Positions 39,890 through 49,486 of a stretch of DNA of 64,000 nt are shown piece after piece (position 1 is the first letter of the stretch; every line of letters starts with the position of its first letter). A model generated the notes under the pieces. That model was not told the origin of the DNA and did no database searches. It saw only the letters and a program-made list of their open reading frames with translations. Both the position numbers and the translations under genes were made by a program. The DNA is taken from positions 68,204 through 132,203 of the forward strand of contig CAXSGP010000001.1 of assembly GCA_964236955.1 (NCBI GenBank). The letters run 5' to 3'. This stretch comes from an uncultured Oligoflexus sp. Lineage in GTDB: Bacteria; Bdellovibrionota_B; Oligoflexia; Oligoflexales; Oligoflexaceae.

Positions 39890-40131
39890 AGTGTGTCACT
39901 CCCTGTCGCTGGTAAACGTCCCATACTCCCAGAAGCATCGACGAACGACCAACTAAGCTATTTAAAGAATTTAAAAATCTCAAAAACCAGGGTTTTTTTC
40001 TATAGAAAAGAGTGCGGACTGGGGGCGCGGATCGATCGAAAGGCGCCAAGGCCTTGACAGCAGTGATCTTGAGCAGGATCAGGAAGCCTGAAAGCTGCGG
40101 TCTCCTGGATGGGAGACCCGGCCTTTATCCT

Positions 40132-41535
40132 TTAGTGAGCGACGTTTTGGCTGCGTGATGGGTTTTCCTGCTGATAAAATATCCTAAAGGTCACGCGTCG
40201 ATTATTCATGCGTGTCACTTCCCTGGAATTATCATATTTAGCATGGGACTCACCCCAACCCACGGTCACCAGTTTTTCCGGAGGGACCAAAAATTGCTGA
40301 ATCAAAAGGCGCTCAATTTTTTCGGCCCGCTGATCCGAAAGGTCAAAATTGTAGGCATCCGAACCAAGGGCGCAGGCATAGCCTTCAATGATAACACGGT
40401 CGATAGGCTTGGCTCGCAAGGCCTCAGCAAGCTGCTGCATCACGCGCTGAGCCCTGGCCTCCCGAAAATCGGTGGAGTCAAATTTAAAGAAAATATCATC
40501 GAGCTCAAGAACAACATCAGCAGGTCTGTCTAAAACTCCCGTCGACGTCAGCGTAACCAGTGATTTTGGCAGCGTTTTCACCTGCAGCGGTTCGTCTGCT
40601 TTCGAGCGGGTGTCGATAGTCCAGCGCAGTCCTAAATAAATGCGGGCATCGGCGGAGGAAACCGAATGATTGATCTCAGATCCTACGCCGGCATGGAATT
40701 CTAGGTCATAGGGCAAAGGCTTTCGGATGCCAAGCACAGTTTCAACTATGGAGTTCTTGCGTGAGGAAAGATTGGATAGCATATGTTCCGCATAAGCACC
40801 GTAGATTTCCGCCATAAGATCGATATCCGTCCCCGGCAGATCGATAGCGAGGCCGGTTGAAGCCAACCATTGATCGCCTGCGGGATCGATCGGCAAAGAG
40901 GCTCGAATCGTGGCATCGGCTTTGGAGTCGCGCCAGCGATGCCCGATATTCAGACTCCAATCGACAGGCCCGAGCTGCGTGCTTCCCACCAGTTCCACGC
41001 TGAAACCCGGCCAATCAACATCGCCTGTATAGGGATTATCTTTGACCCGATTGTAGTTGGCTGCACCCTGGATCGCCAATTGCAAAGAGTCGGCCTTGAG
41101 TATTTGATATTTGCTAGCCAACCGGAGTTCGGTATTGCCCAATTGCTTGAATTCGCCGTGCGCATTTTCCTTGGCTTTGACGGTCTGAGCGACGATCGAG
41201 GGAATCGACAGGGACAGGTCCCAATTATCGAGAACACCATATGAGATTTGAAAGTCGAGACCGGTGACGGTATCGTTTACTTTTTTACCGCGCTCGGGAT
41301 CGACGTTGCTTCCATCGTTGAAATAAGGGAGGGAATTGACGGCCGTGTTCGCAAAAAGTCCCAGGCTGAAGCGCCCTTGGCCCAAGGTCCGGGCACTGCT
41401 CACAGTGACATTGTCCCGGATACTCGGGGCCACGTTGAAATTCTGCAGATCGGAACCTATCACGTTCCCCCTGGCCTCTCGGCTGAGCAAAACGATGGAT
41501 AAAATACCGATGAATTGCTTGGCTTTGATCTTCAT
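40132..41535 (-). CDS. OmpA-family protein (N-terminal beta-barrel plus C-terminal peptidoglycan-binding domain)
   Basis: IFFKFDS, IEGYA..GSDAYNFDLSDQRA, GWGESH and NRRVTF. Confidence 0.85.
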   Translation of the reverse strand: MKIKAKQFIGILSIVLLSREARGNVIGSDLQNFNVAPSIRDNVTVSSARTLGQGRFSLGLFANTAVNSLPYFNDGSNVDPERGKKVNDTVTGLDFQISYGVLDNWDLSLSIPSIVAQTVKAKENAHGEFKQLGNTELRLASKYQILKADSLQLAIQGAANYNRVKDNPYTGDVDWPGFSVELVGSTQLGPVDWSLNIGHRWRDSKADATIRASLPIDPAGDQWLASTGLAIDLPGTDIDLMAEIYGAYAEHMLSNLSSRKNSIVETVLGIRKPLPYDLEFHAGVGSEINHSVSSADARIYLGLRWTIDTRSKADEPLQVKTLPKSLVTLTSTGVLDRPADVVLELDDIFFKFDSTDFREARAQRVMQQLAEALRAKPIDRVIIEGYACALGSDAYNFDLSDQRAEKIERLLIQQFLVPPEKLVTVGWGESHAKYDNSREVTRMNNRRVTFRIFYQQENPSRSQNVAH

Positions 41536-41573
41536 ACATTCCCTCTGGAATCTCGGCGATTTTCAGAAAAAAC

Positions 41574-41589
41574 TGCAGGAAGGATGCCA
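41574..41589 (-). promoter_or_regulatory. sigma54-like promoter for the OmpA-family gene
   Basis: TGGCATCCTTCCTGCA on the minus strand (GG-N10-GC), about 40 nt upstream of the ATG. Confidence 0.45.
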
Positions 41590-41681
41590 GCAGAACCGAA
41601 CTGGAAAATGGTCTTATTTCTTTATAGTTTTCGAGCCTTATCAATCATTACCTAAGGGCAGTAAGTAAAAAGTTGAAAGCT

Positions 41682-41710
41682 TGGACATTGCACTGTCCAG
41701 GCTTTGGACA
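41682..41710. promoter_or_regulatory. Triple TGGACA/TGTCCA palindromic element
   Basis: TGGACA-N6-TGTCCA-N5-TGGACA about 100 bp upstream of the sigma54-like element. Confidence 0.4.
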
Positions 41711-41770
41711 AAAGATCGTGAAATTGGCCATGAAAACAATATTTTACCTTGGCCATTCTCTGGCGCTGCC

Positions 41771-42784
41771 CTATTTCACCATGTCGGCCACGGTTCGGCA
41801 CCAGCCTTCTTCGGAATTGAGCGAAGGCACCAGAGTCAGCGATTCACCTCCCAATGCCTTCCAATCCTCAGCGGCGCGAATCTGAATTTCTTCCAGAGTC
41901 TCAAGACAATCCGCAACAAACGCGGGACACATCACGGCCAATCGCCTGACGCCACGGTTGATCAGTATGGGTAGCTCCTGATCGGTATAGGGTTGAATCC
42001 AAGTCGCCCGGCCAAGCCGCGATTGAAAGGAAAGGCTCGAATCCTCCATCGTCCGACCCATCGCTTTTTGCAAAGCGTAGGTTGTCGCAAAACATTGCGC
42101 GCGGTAGCAGAGTCGATTGACGCTGCTCATCTTAAAGCAGCAATCGGGAGTTTTGAGGCAATGCTGACCCGATCGATCGGCGCTTTGCATCTGGTGCTCA
42201 GGCAGCCCATGATAGCTATAGAGCACATGATCGGCTTTGAAATTCGCGAGGTGTTTGATGGCCACGTCGGCAAAAGCGGCGATAAACCCTGGGTGATCGT
42301 AGAAATCGCCAATAACCTTGAGTTCGGGAAAAGCGATTTCCTTGCTTAAGACGCGCATCAACTCCTCGAAACTAGAGGCGGTACTGGCTCCCGCGAATTG
42401 GGGATAAAGCGGCAACGCATGAATCCTATCCACCCCGCTGTCGAGCAGGGCCTTGACTTCATTTTTAATAGAAGGGCTTTGATAGCGCATCGCGACCCGA
42501 ACATGATAGGCATCCCCTAAAATCTCCTGAACGCGCTTGGCAAGATCACGTCCCGCTTGGACAAGGGGTGAGCCCTGTGCCGTCCATATTTTTTGATAAG
42601 CATGGGCTGATTTTGGGGACCGAAAGACTGAAATATACCCGTAGACCAAAAGCCAACGCGGCACAGGAGGAATATCAATCACCCGTGCATCGCAAAGGAA
42701 TTCTCGCAGGTAACGTCTCACCGAGGCCGTGTCGGGGCCATCGGGACTGCCGAGATTGATAAGGAGGACGCCTGTTTTTGCCAT
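41771..42784 (-). CDS. hemH: Ferrochelatase
   Basis: GVLLINLGSP, AMRYQSP, LPLYPQF, YSYHGLP, FQSRLG..WIQPYT and FVADCLETLEEI. Confidence 0.96.
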   Translation of the reverse strand: MAKTGVLLINLGSPDGPDTASVRRYLREFLCDARVIDIPPVPRWLLVYGYISVFRSPKSAHAYQKIWTAQGSPLVQAGRDLAKRVQEILGDAYHVRVAMRYQSPSIKNEVKALLDSGVDRIHALPLYPQFAGASTASSFEELMRVLSKEIAFPELKVIGDFYDHPGFIAAFADVAIKHLANFKADHVLYSYHGLPEHQMQSADRSGQHCLKTPDCCFKMSSVNRLCYRAQCFATTYALQKAMGRTMEDSSLSFQSRLGRATWIQPYTDQELPILINRGVRRLAVMCPAFVADCLETLEEIQIRAAEDWKALGGESLTLVPSLNSEEGWCRTVADMVK

Positions 42785-42877
42785 GATCGATCCTTTAAGT
42801 CACTTTGAACGACTGAACCCAGATTGGCTTCTTTATAGTTTTATGCTTTTATGATGCTTTGTCACAAAGGTTTTTCC

Positions 42878-43798
42878 ATGCCCCTTACCAGTATTCTAGC
42901 CCTAGTCGGGCTAATTGTCGGCCTATGGATGGAACAACAGGGCTATACGAAAGCGGCCATGAGTCGCCTCGTTTCAAAAGCGTTGGTTCTTTGGGTTTAC
43001 CCTTGTCTGATTTTTTCATCGTTGCTCCTCCGTTTGACCTGGCCTGAGGTAAAGGCGCTTTATCTCCTGCCCCTGCTGATCTTTCTTCTCTGCGCTTTCG
43101 GGTATATCGTTGGCAAACTGAGTTTAACCTGTGCCCTCTTAAAGCAAAATCCAACGCGGCGAAGCTATGTATTTTTGGCAATAATGCCAAATTACTCATA
43201 CCTACCTCTTGTTATTTCTCAAGCCCTTTGGGGAGACAAAGCTTTAGCGTTGGTGGCAATTGCCTCCGTCGGCGCTGACGCATTTCTTTGGACCTGGGCT
43301 TATCCAGAAATTTCCGGCCACTGGGACTGGAAGAAAATTTTCAGTCCGGCACTGTTGACCCTGGGACTTGCCGCGCTGCTGCTCTGCTTCGAATGGAAAA
43401 GTCATCAGGAGCCTTGGCTGAGCATCCTGACGATTTTAAGCTGGATAGGCAAAGGAACCTTGCCTCTCTCCATGTATATCCTCGGCACCTTCCTCGCGAA
43501 GGCAAATCGGACAGTAGGGGATAAAAGGGCCCATGGTCTCCTTCTCGGTTGGAGGCTCGTCCTCTCTCCTCTACTCATGTTCCTATTCCTCGTGAAGGGA
43601 GGAACAGGGCTGCCGTTTGTTGCTCAGGCCGTGCTGCTCCTTATCGCGTCTATGCCAAGTGCCATCATTTCTGTGGTCCTTGCCGATCTTCATGCTGCGG
43701 ATGCCGAGTTCGCAGCCACTCAAATCTTTTTGGGACATGGGCTCGCCGCCCTGACCGCTGCAGCCTGGCAAATGGCTCTCTATACCTTCGTCCATTAA
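42878..43798 (+). CDS. AEC (auxin efflux carrier) family transporter
   Basis: About 10 TM helices; PCLIFSS, NYSYLPL, IFSPAL and ASMPSA. Confidence 0.8.
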   Translation: MPLTSILALVGLIVGLWMEQQGYTKAAMSRLVSKALVLWVYPCLIFSSLLLRLTWPEVKALYLLPLLIFLLCAFGYIVGKLSLTCALLKQNPTRRSYVFLAIMPNYSYLPLVISQALWGDKALALVAIASVGADAFLWTWAYPEISGHWDWKKIFSPALLTLGLAALLLCFEWKSHQEPWLSILTILSWIGKGTLPLSMYILGTFLAKANRTVGDKRAHGLLLGWRLVLSPLLMFLFLVKGGTGLPFVAQAVLLLIASMPSAIISVVLADLHAADAEFAATQIFLGHGLAALTAAAWQMALYTFVH

Positions 43799-43845
43799 AT
43801 ATTTTAGCCGGGGAGGAACTTAGTTGAAAAAGGTGAGCCTTAGGG

Positions 43846-44745
43846 CTAGGGCGTGATCTGTTCTGTTGGCAGGCGGCGCTCCCTGGGCTGCCGGCGGTCA
43901 GCAGCGGGATTGGTTTGAACACCATCGGTCGGCCGATGCATGGATTCCTCTAGACCCACGATAAGCAGAAGCACCAAAGGGACGACCAGCGCATAATCCC
44001 GGTAAAGCAAAAAACCAAGCGTCCCTATCACAGCACCCGAACTAAAGGATATGAGTAAAAAACCATGAAAGAGGAAACGACCGACGCCAAGCCTATGGAT
44101 AAAAACTCCGCTCGCGGCTGTGATACGAGGGAGAAGATCGCTTCGATCTGTCAGAAAAGCAGTCAAGCCCATCCTTAGCGCACCACCGAGTTCCGCTCCA
44201 AAATCAGTCGCCACTCCTGTTATGTGGGTAGTCCGAACGATTGCCCCGGAAGCAAACCTGAACATTGCATTCTGCATGCCCATGGCGATGGCCAGGATAA
44301 ATGTCAAATGGGAAAAATAGGACGAATGATACCTGTGAGTTTCAAAGAGGACGGCGCTGACCATATAGGTGAGGATAAGGGCAAATTCAATAAAGATGGG
44401 CACTGTATATTTTACCTGCGAGGAAGCTGCCGTCTGGCCCTTCAAGAGAAAAGCTGTGATGCCTGCCCCAAAGATAAAGGCGATAAATTCTATGAGGAAG
44501 AGAAAGGCTGACTTCATGTCGCCTTCGGCATAATGGATGGCAGCCCGCGTTGCATGGCCAGAGACATGCGAGACATAGGTACCGAAATGTATAAAAGCCA
44601 TGGAGTTGACGTGACCGGCGACAAAGGCCAAAAGCGTTCCAAGCTGCACGTTGTCGCGAAAGAGTCGTCGCGTGGAGCGGGCCACTTTACTGGGCCTGGG
44701 AATGTGACGGAAGTTGACGCGAACGACTTTCATGGACTTACTCAT
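43846..44745 (-). CDS. YoaK/DUF1275 family membrane protein
   Basis: FVAGHVN..FGTYVSHVSGH, AMGMQNA and RTTHITGVATD. Confidence 0.85.
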   Translation of the reverse strand: MSKSMKVVRVNFRHIPRPSKVARSTRRLFRDNVQLGTLLAFVAGHVNSMAFIHFGTYVSHVSGHATRAAIHYAEGDMKSAFLFLIEFIAFIFGAGITAFLLKGQTAASSQVKYTVPIFIEFALILTYMVSAVLFETHRYHSSYFSHLTFILAIAMGMQNAMFRFASGAIVRTTHITGVATDFGAELGGALRMGLTAFLTDRSDLLPRITAASGVFIHRLGVGRFLFHGFLLISFSSGAVIGTLGFLLYRDYALVVPLVLLLIVGLEESMHRPTDGVQTNPAADRRQPRERRLPTEQITP

Positions 44746-45022
44746 GGCGAAGTGGCGACCGCGGCAATGGGCCTTTTCCCATTATGAGCCAAGACCTGGA
44801 TCTTGTCATCGGGGTCCGATCCGGCTGTAGAGTTTTAAGCAACCAGCAGACGCAAACCCCGCCCCACGTCCTGAACTTCAGCAATTAAGCACAAGTCCAG
44901 GCGTGGCAAGAGCGGCCCTAGGACGCTAAAGAGCGGAACATCGCATAGAGGCTAAACAGTAGAAAAACGACGAGTACCACTTTCTTTGCATATTTTTTGA
45001 TATAGTATCTTTGCATAGGGCC

Positions 45023-45460
45023 CTACTGAATGCAGGTGTTGCGATAAATAATTTTGGCCGCTTGGATTTCGATCTCTATATTATAGCTCACCTGCCCAAC
45101 CCTATGGGTTGGAATTTTCCAGACAGCATAGAGTCGGCTGTCGCCTTCGGGATTTGCCGGCGGGCTTGCCAGCGGCCGGATATATTCAAGCGTTTGGGAG
45201 TTAAGAGTCAGCTCGTCATTGCTGGCAAACGCAAAAGGCAGCACCCCATTTTCGATGTTTATCTCACATCCTTCTATCGTGTGACTGCGCACAATGGGTT
45301 CGGCATCAAAAACCTGAATCGACTGGGCCTTGGCTTCGATCGTGATGCTGGCACTCACGGAAACTGTATCGTGCGCCGGATCGTAGACATTCGAATCAGG
45401 ACCACAGGCGGTCAGAATGAAGAAGGACAATGAAAGGGCGGGTCCAAGAACTTTTTTCAC
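45023..45460 (-). CDS. Hypothetical lipoprotein
   Basis: GTG after GGAG; lipobox LTAC. Confidence 0.6.
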   Translation of the reverse strand: MKKVLGPALSLSFFILTACGPDSNVYDPAHDTVSVSASITIEAKAQSIQVFDAEPIVRSHTIEGCEINIENGVLPFAFASNDELTLNSQTLEYIRPLASPPANPEGDSRLYAVWKIPTHRVGQVSYNIEIEIQAAKIIYRNTCIQ

Positions 45461-45513
45461 GCGCGACTCCAGGGTTGGCGATTGACTCCCTCTTATACAG
45501 GACTTAGGGCCAG

Positions 45514-46803
45514 TTATGAACCACAAGCTCGCGGCGAGAAATCCTCCTCAGTAAAGCCATCCCTATCATCCATCGTATCGATGCTATTGATCGAAGAGAA
45601 CGGATCGTCCTCTCCATTGATTTTACTGTCGTTCAACCTTTTGAGCTTGATCGTGCCACAGTCGGCATTATGCCGGGCCTTGGTATTGGTCGGATCGAGG
45701 GCGACCGCTTTCTCAAAAGCGGCAATTGCAAGTTTGCCCTTGCCCCACTTCCAGAGGCCGATGCCCATGTTAAAAAACACCCGTGACAGGAGATAGGGGT
45801 AATCGACAAGATAGGCAAGCGCCGCCCTATAGAGGCTTATGCCTTTTTGAAAATGACCGGCCCGCACGGCGACGATAGCAGCCCCGTTAAAAACTGAGGC
45901 AAACTCAAAGGGATCCTGAAGCTGCCTCGCAATTTTGATCATTTCATTGGCATCATTCAGCAGCAACTCACATTGCGCCTCTCCCAGGCGCGCTTCCTGG
46001 AGCTCTGGCTCAAGGGCAAGGACCTCGCGAAACGAACCCAGAGCTTCAGCGAGCTGATACTGATCGAGAAAGACCTGCCCAAGCTCACACATGCGTTCGG
46101 CATTAAAGGGCGAAAGGATCGAGGCCTGTTCCAGATAGTAACGGGCTTTGGAATAATCGCTTTTTTTCATAAAACATCGCGCAAGAAGGTGCTTGGCCCG
46201 CGTATCGAAGGGATAGCGCGCAACGATTCCTATAAGGTGTTTTTCCGCGTCTCCCCAAAGATCGAGTTCACAGAGTGAGGAGCCCAGTTCGTTGGCGGCC
46301 TGGAGGTTTTCCGGTTCGGCCCGGCAAAGGGATAGAAGCAGATCCCGGGCCTCGTCTTTTTTGTGGCTTTTTCTCGCCTTGATCACCTGGCTGTAGATTT
46401 TAAGTTCAAAGGGGCTTCTCTGGCCGTAGCGGGTGATTTCAATGAAATTGAGTTGGATTTGAGGCCCCGAAATGTCTCCGACGTGCAGCTGCAAAATATT
46501 GTATTCAACGGCTAGGGCGAGAATTTTTTCGCTTGGACTGTAGGGGATAAGATAGATAGGCCGTGTATCCATTCGGAAGGGGCCTTGGGCGGCGCGCAGC
46601 ACGCGAATCAGCTCCCGCTCCTCCTGCTCGGTATCGGTGATGAGCAGCGCGCTCGGATCTTTTCCCAGCGCGGCGATGCAGGCCATGCTGGAGTTACATT
46701 CGATAAAATCGGAAATGCCACGCGATTTCAATTCATTGCTGACCAGCATGCGCGCGTTTGGTCGACTAATAAAGACTATGGCCGATTTCAATTCAGTTCC
46801 CAC
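45514..46803 (-). CDS. Degenerate receiver-like domain plus TPR repeat protein
   Basis: N-terminal alpha/beta CheY-like pattern; multiple TPR helical hairpins (e.g. AFEKAVALDPTNTKARHN). Confidence 0.65.
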   Translation of the reverse strand: MGTELKSAIVFISRPNARMLVSNELKSRGISDFIECNSSMACIAALGKDPSALLITDTEQEERELIRVLRAAQGPFRMDTRPIYLIPYSPSEKILALAVEYNILQLHVGDISGPQIQLNFIEITRYGQRSPFELKIYSQVIKARKSHKKDEARDLLLSLCRAEPENLQAANELGSSLCELDLWGDAEKHLIGIVARYPFDTRAKHLLARCFMKKSDYSKARYYLEQASILSPFNAERMCELGQVFLDQYQLAEALGSFREVLALEPELQEARLGEAQCELLLNDANEMIKIARQLQDPFEFASVFNGAAIVAVRAGHFQKGISLYRAALAYLVDYPYLLSRVFFNMGIGLWKWGKGKLAIAAFEKAVALDPTNTKARHNADCGTIKLKRLNDSKINGEDDPFSSINSIDTMDDRDGFTEEDFSPRACGS

Positions 46804-46956
46804 AAGGCCTCACTCCTAATGCCCCATTTACCGGCCTACACATCTTGGAATGTGGAGAAACCTGGAAATATGGGATCATTAATGAAGTCGGCCCCTATGG
46901 GAAAAACCTTAGGTAGCAGGGATTGGGGTAAGAATACAGGTCCTTATCGACATTCA

Positions 46957-47535
46957 TTAAAAATCATCTTCGCGATGATTGACGACCAAATTAACGTCCG
47001 TCACCCAAGTCTGCAGCACGTAGCGATCGGACTTCGTGGGTAATACCTCGTGAGGATGCGTAAGCTGCGCGGGAAACAAAACCATGAGTCCCTGACGAGG
47101 CTTAATCTTCACCCCTTGGACCGGGAAATGCAGCTCCCCCCCCTCCGGCACATCGTTTAGAAAGAAGATCACGGTAAGGTAGCGAAGACCATTTGCCGGT
47201 CGGACGGGACTCTGCGAATCATCGTGAAAGCCACAGGCGTCGCCGGTCTCATATTTGGCGACGATATATCCGTCGTTGATCCATTCCGCAATGCCCTTCG
47301 CCGTGAAGGGTTCGGGCAAACGAAAATAATCGCTGATGTAAGGATCGGCGATTTGGGTGGCCTTGGTCACTTCCCTGATCCAGGCCATCTGCTCGGATAT
47401 ATTTATATAGCGACGGCTGGAATACTCCGGCTGAGGATCGACCTTTACGCCTTGGTCCTGATCAAACTTCTTCATCAAAGCAGCACAGAATTCAGCAGGT
47501 ATAGCGTCGGCTATTTGCTTGATGTATTGCGGCAT
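46957..47535 (-). CDS. 2OG-Fe(II) oxygenase, prolyl-4-hydroxylase-like
   Basis: HxD (FHDD), LTVIFFLNDVPEGGEL and HEVLP..RYVLQTW. Confidence 0.85.
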   Translation of the reverse strand: MPQYIKQIADAIPAEFCAALMKKFDQDQGVKVDPQPEYSSRRYINISEQMAWIREVTKATQIADPYISDYFRLPEPFTAKGIAEWINDGYIVAKYETGDACGFHDDSQSPVRPANGLRYLTVIFFLNDVPEGGELHFPVQGVKIKPRQGLMVLFPAQLTHPHEVLPTKSDRYVLQTWVTDVNLVVNHREDDF

Positions 47536-47806
47536 GGAATTTACCTCCTCTAGGCCCTAGCCTCCTATCATAAAGACCGATCTTTCCAAAGCGCATTCCA
47601 CAGCTTTTCAAAAAAGCAAATTTTTCGCATATACATTGGCAATATGCAGTTTCTTTGGATAGACTCAATAAAGGTTAATAGACTGAATTTATTAATTTAA
47701 AGGAAATTTATCCTAGCTTTCCACTGGCTTTAACGACCCGGGTTATTCTAATATAACTGAACATTGGCATTGAATATTGCAGCGACTGATGTAAATATAT
47801 CGCTAT

Positions 47807-47845
47807 TAAACTATTATATGCACATATAATGCATATTTATAGCTG
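47807..47845 (+). promoter_or_regulatory. Tandem ARG-box-like operator
   Basis: AACTATTATATGCA-N7-TGCATATTTATAGC: two 14-bp cores at the canonical tandem spacing just upstream of the arg genes; the outer half-sites are degenerate. Confidence 0.5.
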
Positions 47846-47855
47846 GGGGAAAGTA

Positions 47856-48446
47856 ATGGAAACTGTCGTCATCCGGGTTGCTAGCGAAAAAGATGAAATT
47901 TTTGCGGGCAAAATTTGCGATGAGATGGAAGCAAGTGCCAAGGCCCGTGGAACCGGTATCGCTAAACGTTCGCCCTTATATCTCATTGAAAAGATGCGCA
48001 AAGCGCAAGCCTACATCGCGTTGGTGGAAGGTGATGTCGCAGGATTTTGTTACACCGAAACCTGGAGCGACGGCACCTATATCGCCAATTCAGGTCTTAT
48101 TATATTTCCGGCTTTCCGTATGTCGGGGTTGGCCCGCAATCTGAAAAATTTCGCTTTTCAGGAATCACGCAAGGCGAATCCTCATGCCAAATTCTTTGGC
48201 CTGACCACCAGCCTCGCGGTGATGAATATCAACAGCGAACTCGGCTATCGACCCGTTACTTTCAGTGAGCTGACCAAGGATGAGGAATTCTGGTCAAGCT
48301 GTCAAAGCTGCGTCAACTACCCGACTCTGCAAGCGAAGGAACGTAAAAATTGTTTTTGCACGGCGATGCTCTTTGACCCTCTATGGGAAGCCCGAAAGTT
48401 GGAACGTCAGAAGTCGAACAACGTTTTGAAAGTGCAAAACCTATGA
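47856..48446 (+). CDS. GNAT amino-acid N-acyltransferase, Bacteroidota-type short ArgA-like
   Basis: SAKARGTGIAKRSP, GFCYTETW, ANSGLI, FGLTTSLAVMNINSELGY and FWSSCQSCVNY..CFCTAML; first gene of the arg cluster. Confidence 0.8.
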   Translation: METVVIRVASEKDEIFAGKICDEMEASAKARGTGIAKRSPLYLIEKMRKAQAYIALVEGDVAGFCYTETWSDGTYIANSGLIIFPAFRMSGLARNLKNFAFQESRKANPHAKFFGLTTSLAVMNINSELGYRPVTFSELTKDEEFWSSCQSCVNYPTLQAKERKNCFCTAMLFDPLWEARKLERQKSNNVLKVQNL

Positions 48447-49405
48447 AAGCTGCTGTGATTGGTGCCGGTGGCTATGCAGGCGGAGAGCTCCTTCGCCTGC
48501 TTTTCGACCATCCTATGATCGCCGAGGTGCAATGCCTTAGCGAGAGTCAGGCGGGCAAGCCTCTCAGTTCGGTACACGAGGATATGTTCGTCTATCCAGA
48601 AAAGTCTTTTACCAGCCAACTGTCGCCCTGTGACGTCGTTTTTCTTTGTGGCGACCACGGCCAGGCGCAGCAGCTGATCGATAGCCACCTCGTGCTCAGG
48701 AAGGCCAGACGTATTATCGATTTAAGTCAGGATTTTCGTGATAACTCGAATGGCTTCGTCTATGGGCTGAGCGAGGTCTATAGCGAACATATCCGGGCCA
48801 GCCTACGGGTTGCCAATCCCGGTTGCTTCGCAACCACGATTCAGCTCGCCCTTGCCCCTTTGGCTCATAAGACTTTGCTGAAAAGCGCCATTCATATCAC
48901 GGCGATCACCGGCTCGACCGGCGCCGGACAGAAGTTGCAAAAGACCTCGCATTTTTCGCAAAGAAACCAGAACGTCAGCACCTATAAAAGCTTCGACCAC
49001 CAGCACCTGCCTGAAATCCGGCGCACCCTCGGCAGTCTGCAAGGGGAAGCGGCGGCAGTCCCTCCCTTATTTTTTGTGCCGGTTCGGGGACCTTTTACCC
49101 GTGGCATACTCGCTTCGCTCTACACGGAATTTGATGGCTCTGAAGGCGAGGCGCTGACAGTGTTTAATGACTATTATGCACAGGCGGAGTTTGTTCATGT
49201 TAGTGGCGACGAGGTGACGCTCAAAAGCGTGATCAACACCAATCATGTTCGGCTTCAGGTGCAATGTCATCAAGGCTTGATTCATATCGTGGCCTGCCTC
49301 GACAATCTGTTGAAGGGTGCAAGTGGACAGGCGATACAAAATCTCAACCTCATGATGGACTGGCCTATAGCAACCGGATTGCGTCTTAAACCTATTGCTT
49401 ATTAA
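48443..49405 (+). CDS. argC: N-acyl-gamma-glutamyl-phosphate reductase
   Basis: GAGGYAGGELLRLL, IDLSQDFR, ANPGCFAT, TGSTGAG and DNLLKGASGQA; ATGA overlap. Confidence 0.95.
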   Translation: MKAAVIGAGGYAGGELLRLLFDHPMIAEVQCLSESQAGKPLSSVHEDMFVYPEKSFTSQLSPCDVVFLCGDHGQAQQLIDSHLVLRKARRIIDLSQDFRDNSNGFVYGLSEVYSEHIRASLRVANPGCFATTIQLALAPLAHKTLLKSAIHITAITGSTGAGQKLQKTSHFSQRNQNVSTYKSFDHQHLPEIRRTLGSLQGEAAAVPPLFFVPVRGPFTRGILASLYTEFDGSEGEALTVFNDYYAQAEFVHVSGDEVTLKSVINTNHVRLQVQCHQGLIHIVACLDNLLKGASGQAIQNLNLMMDWPIATGLRLKPIAY

Positions 49406-49486
49406 GGCCTGACCTCACAGGGTGAGGAGCCAGGTCTGCCGGCAGATCAACGTGGCCATTTCGCAGCCACAGTAAGAGGAGTCACC

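Noticed and set aside
47765-47781. TGGC...TTGC sigma54-like motif upstream of arg
   Set aside because: GG-to-GC spacing is 11 nt rather than the required 10
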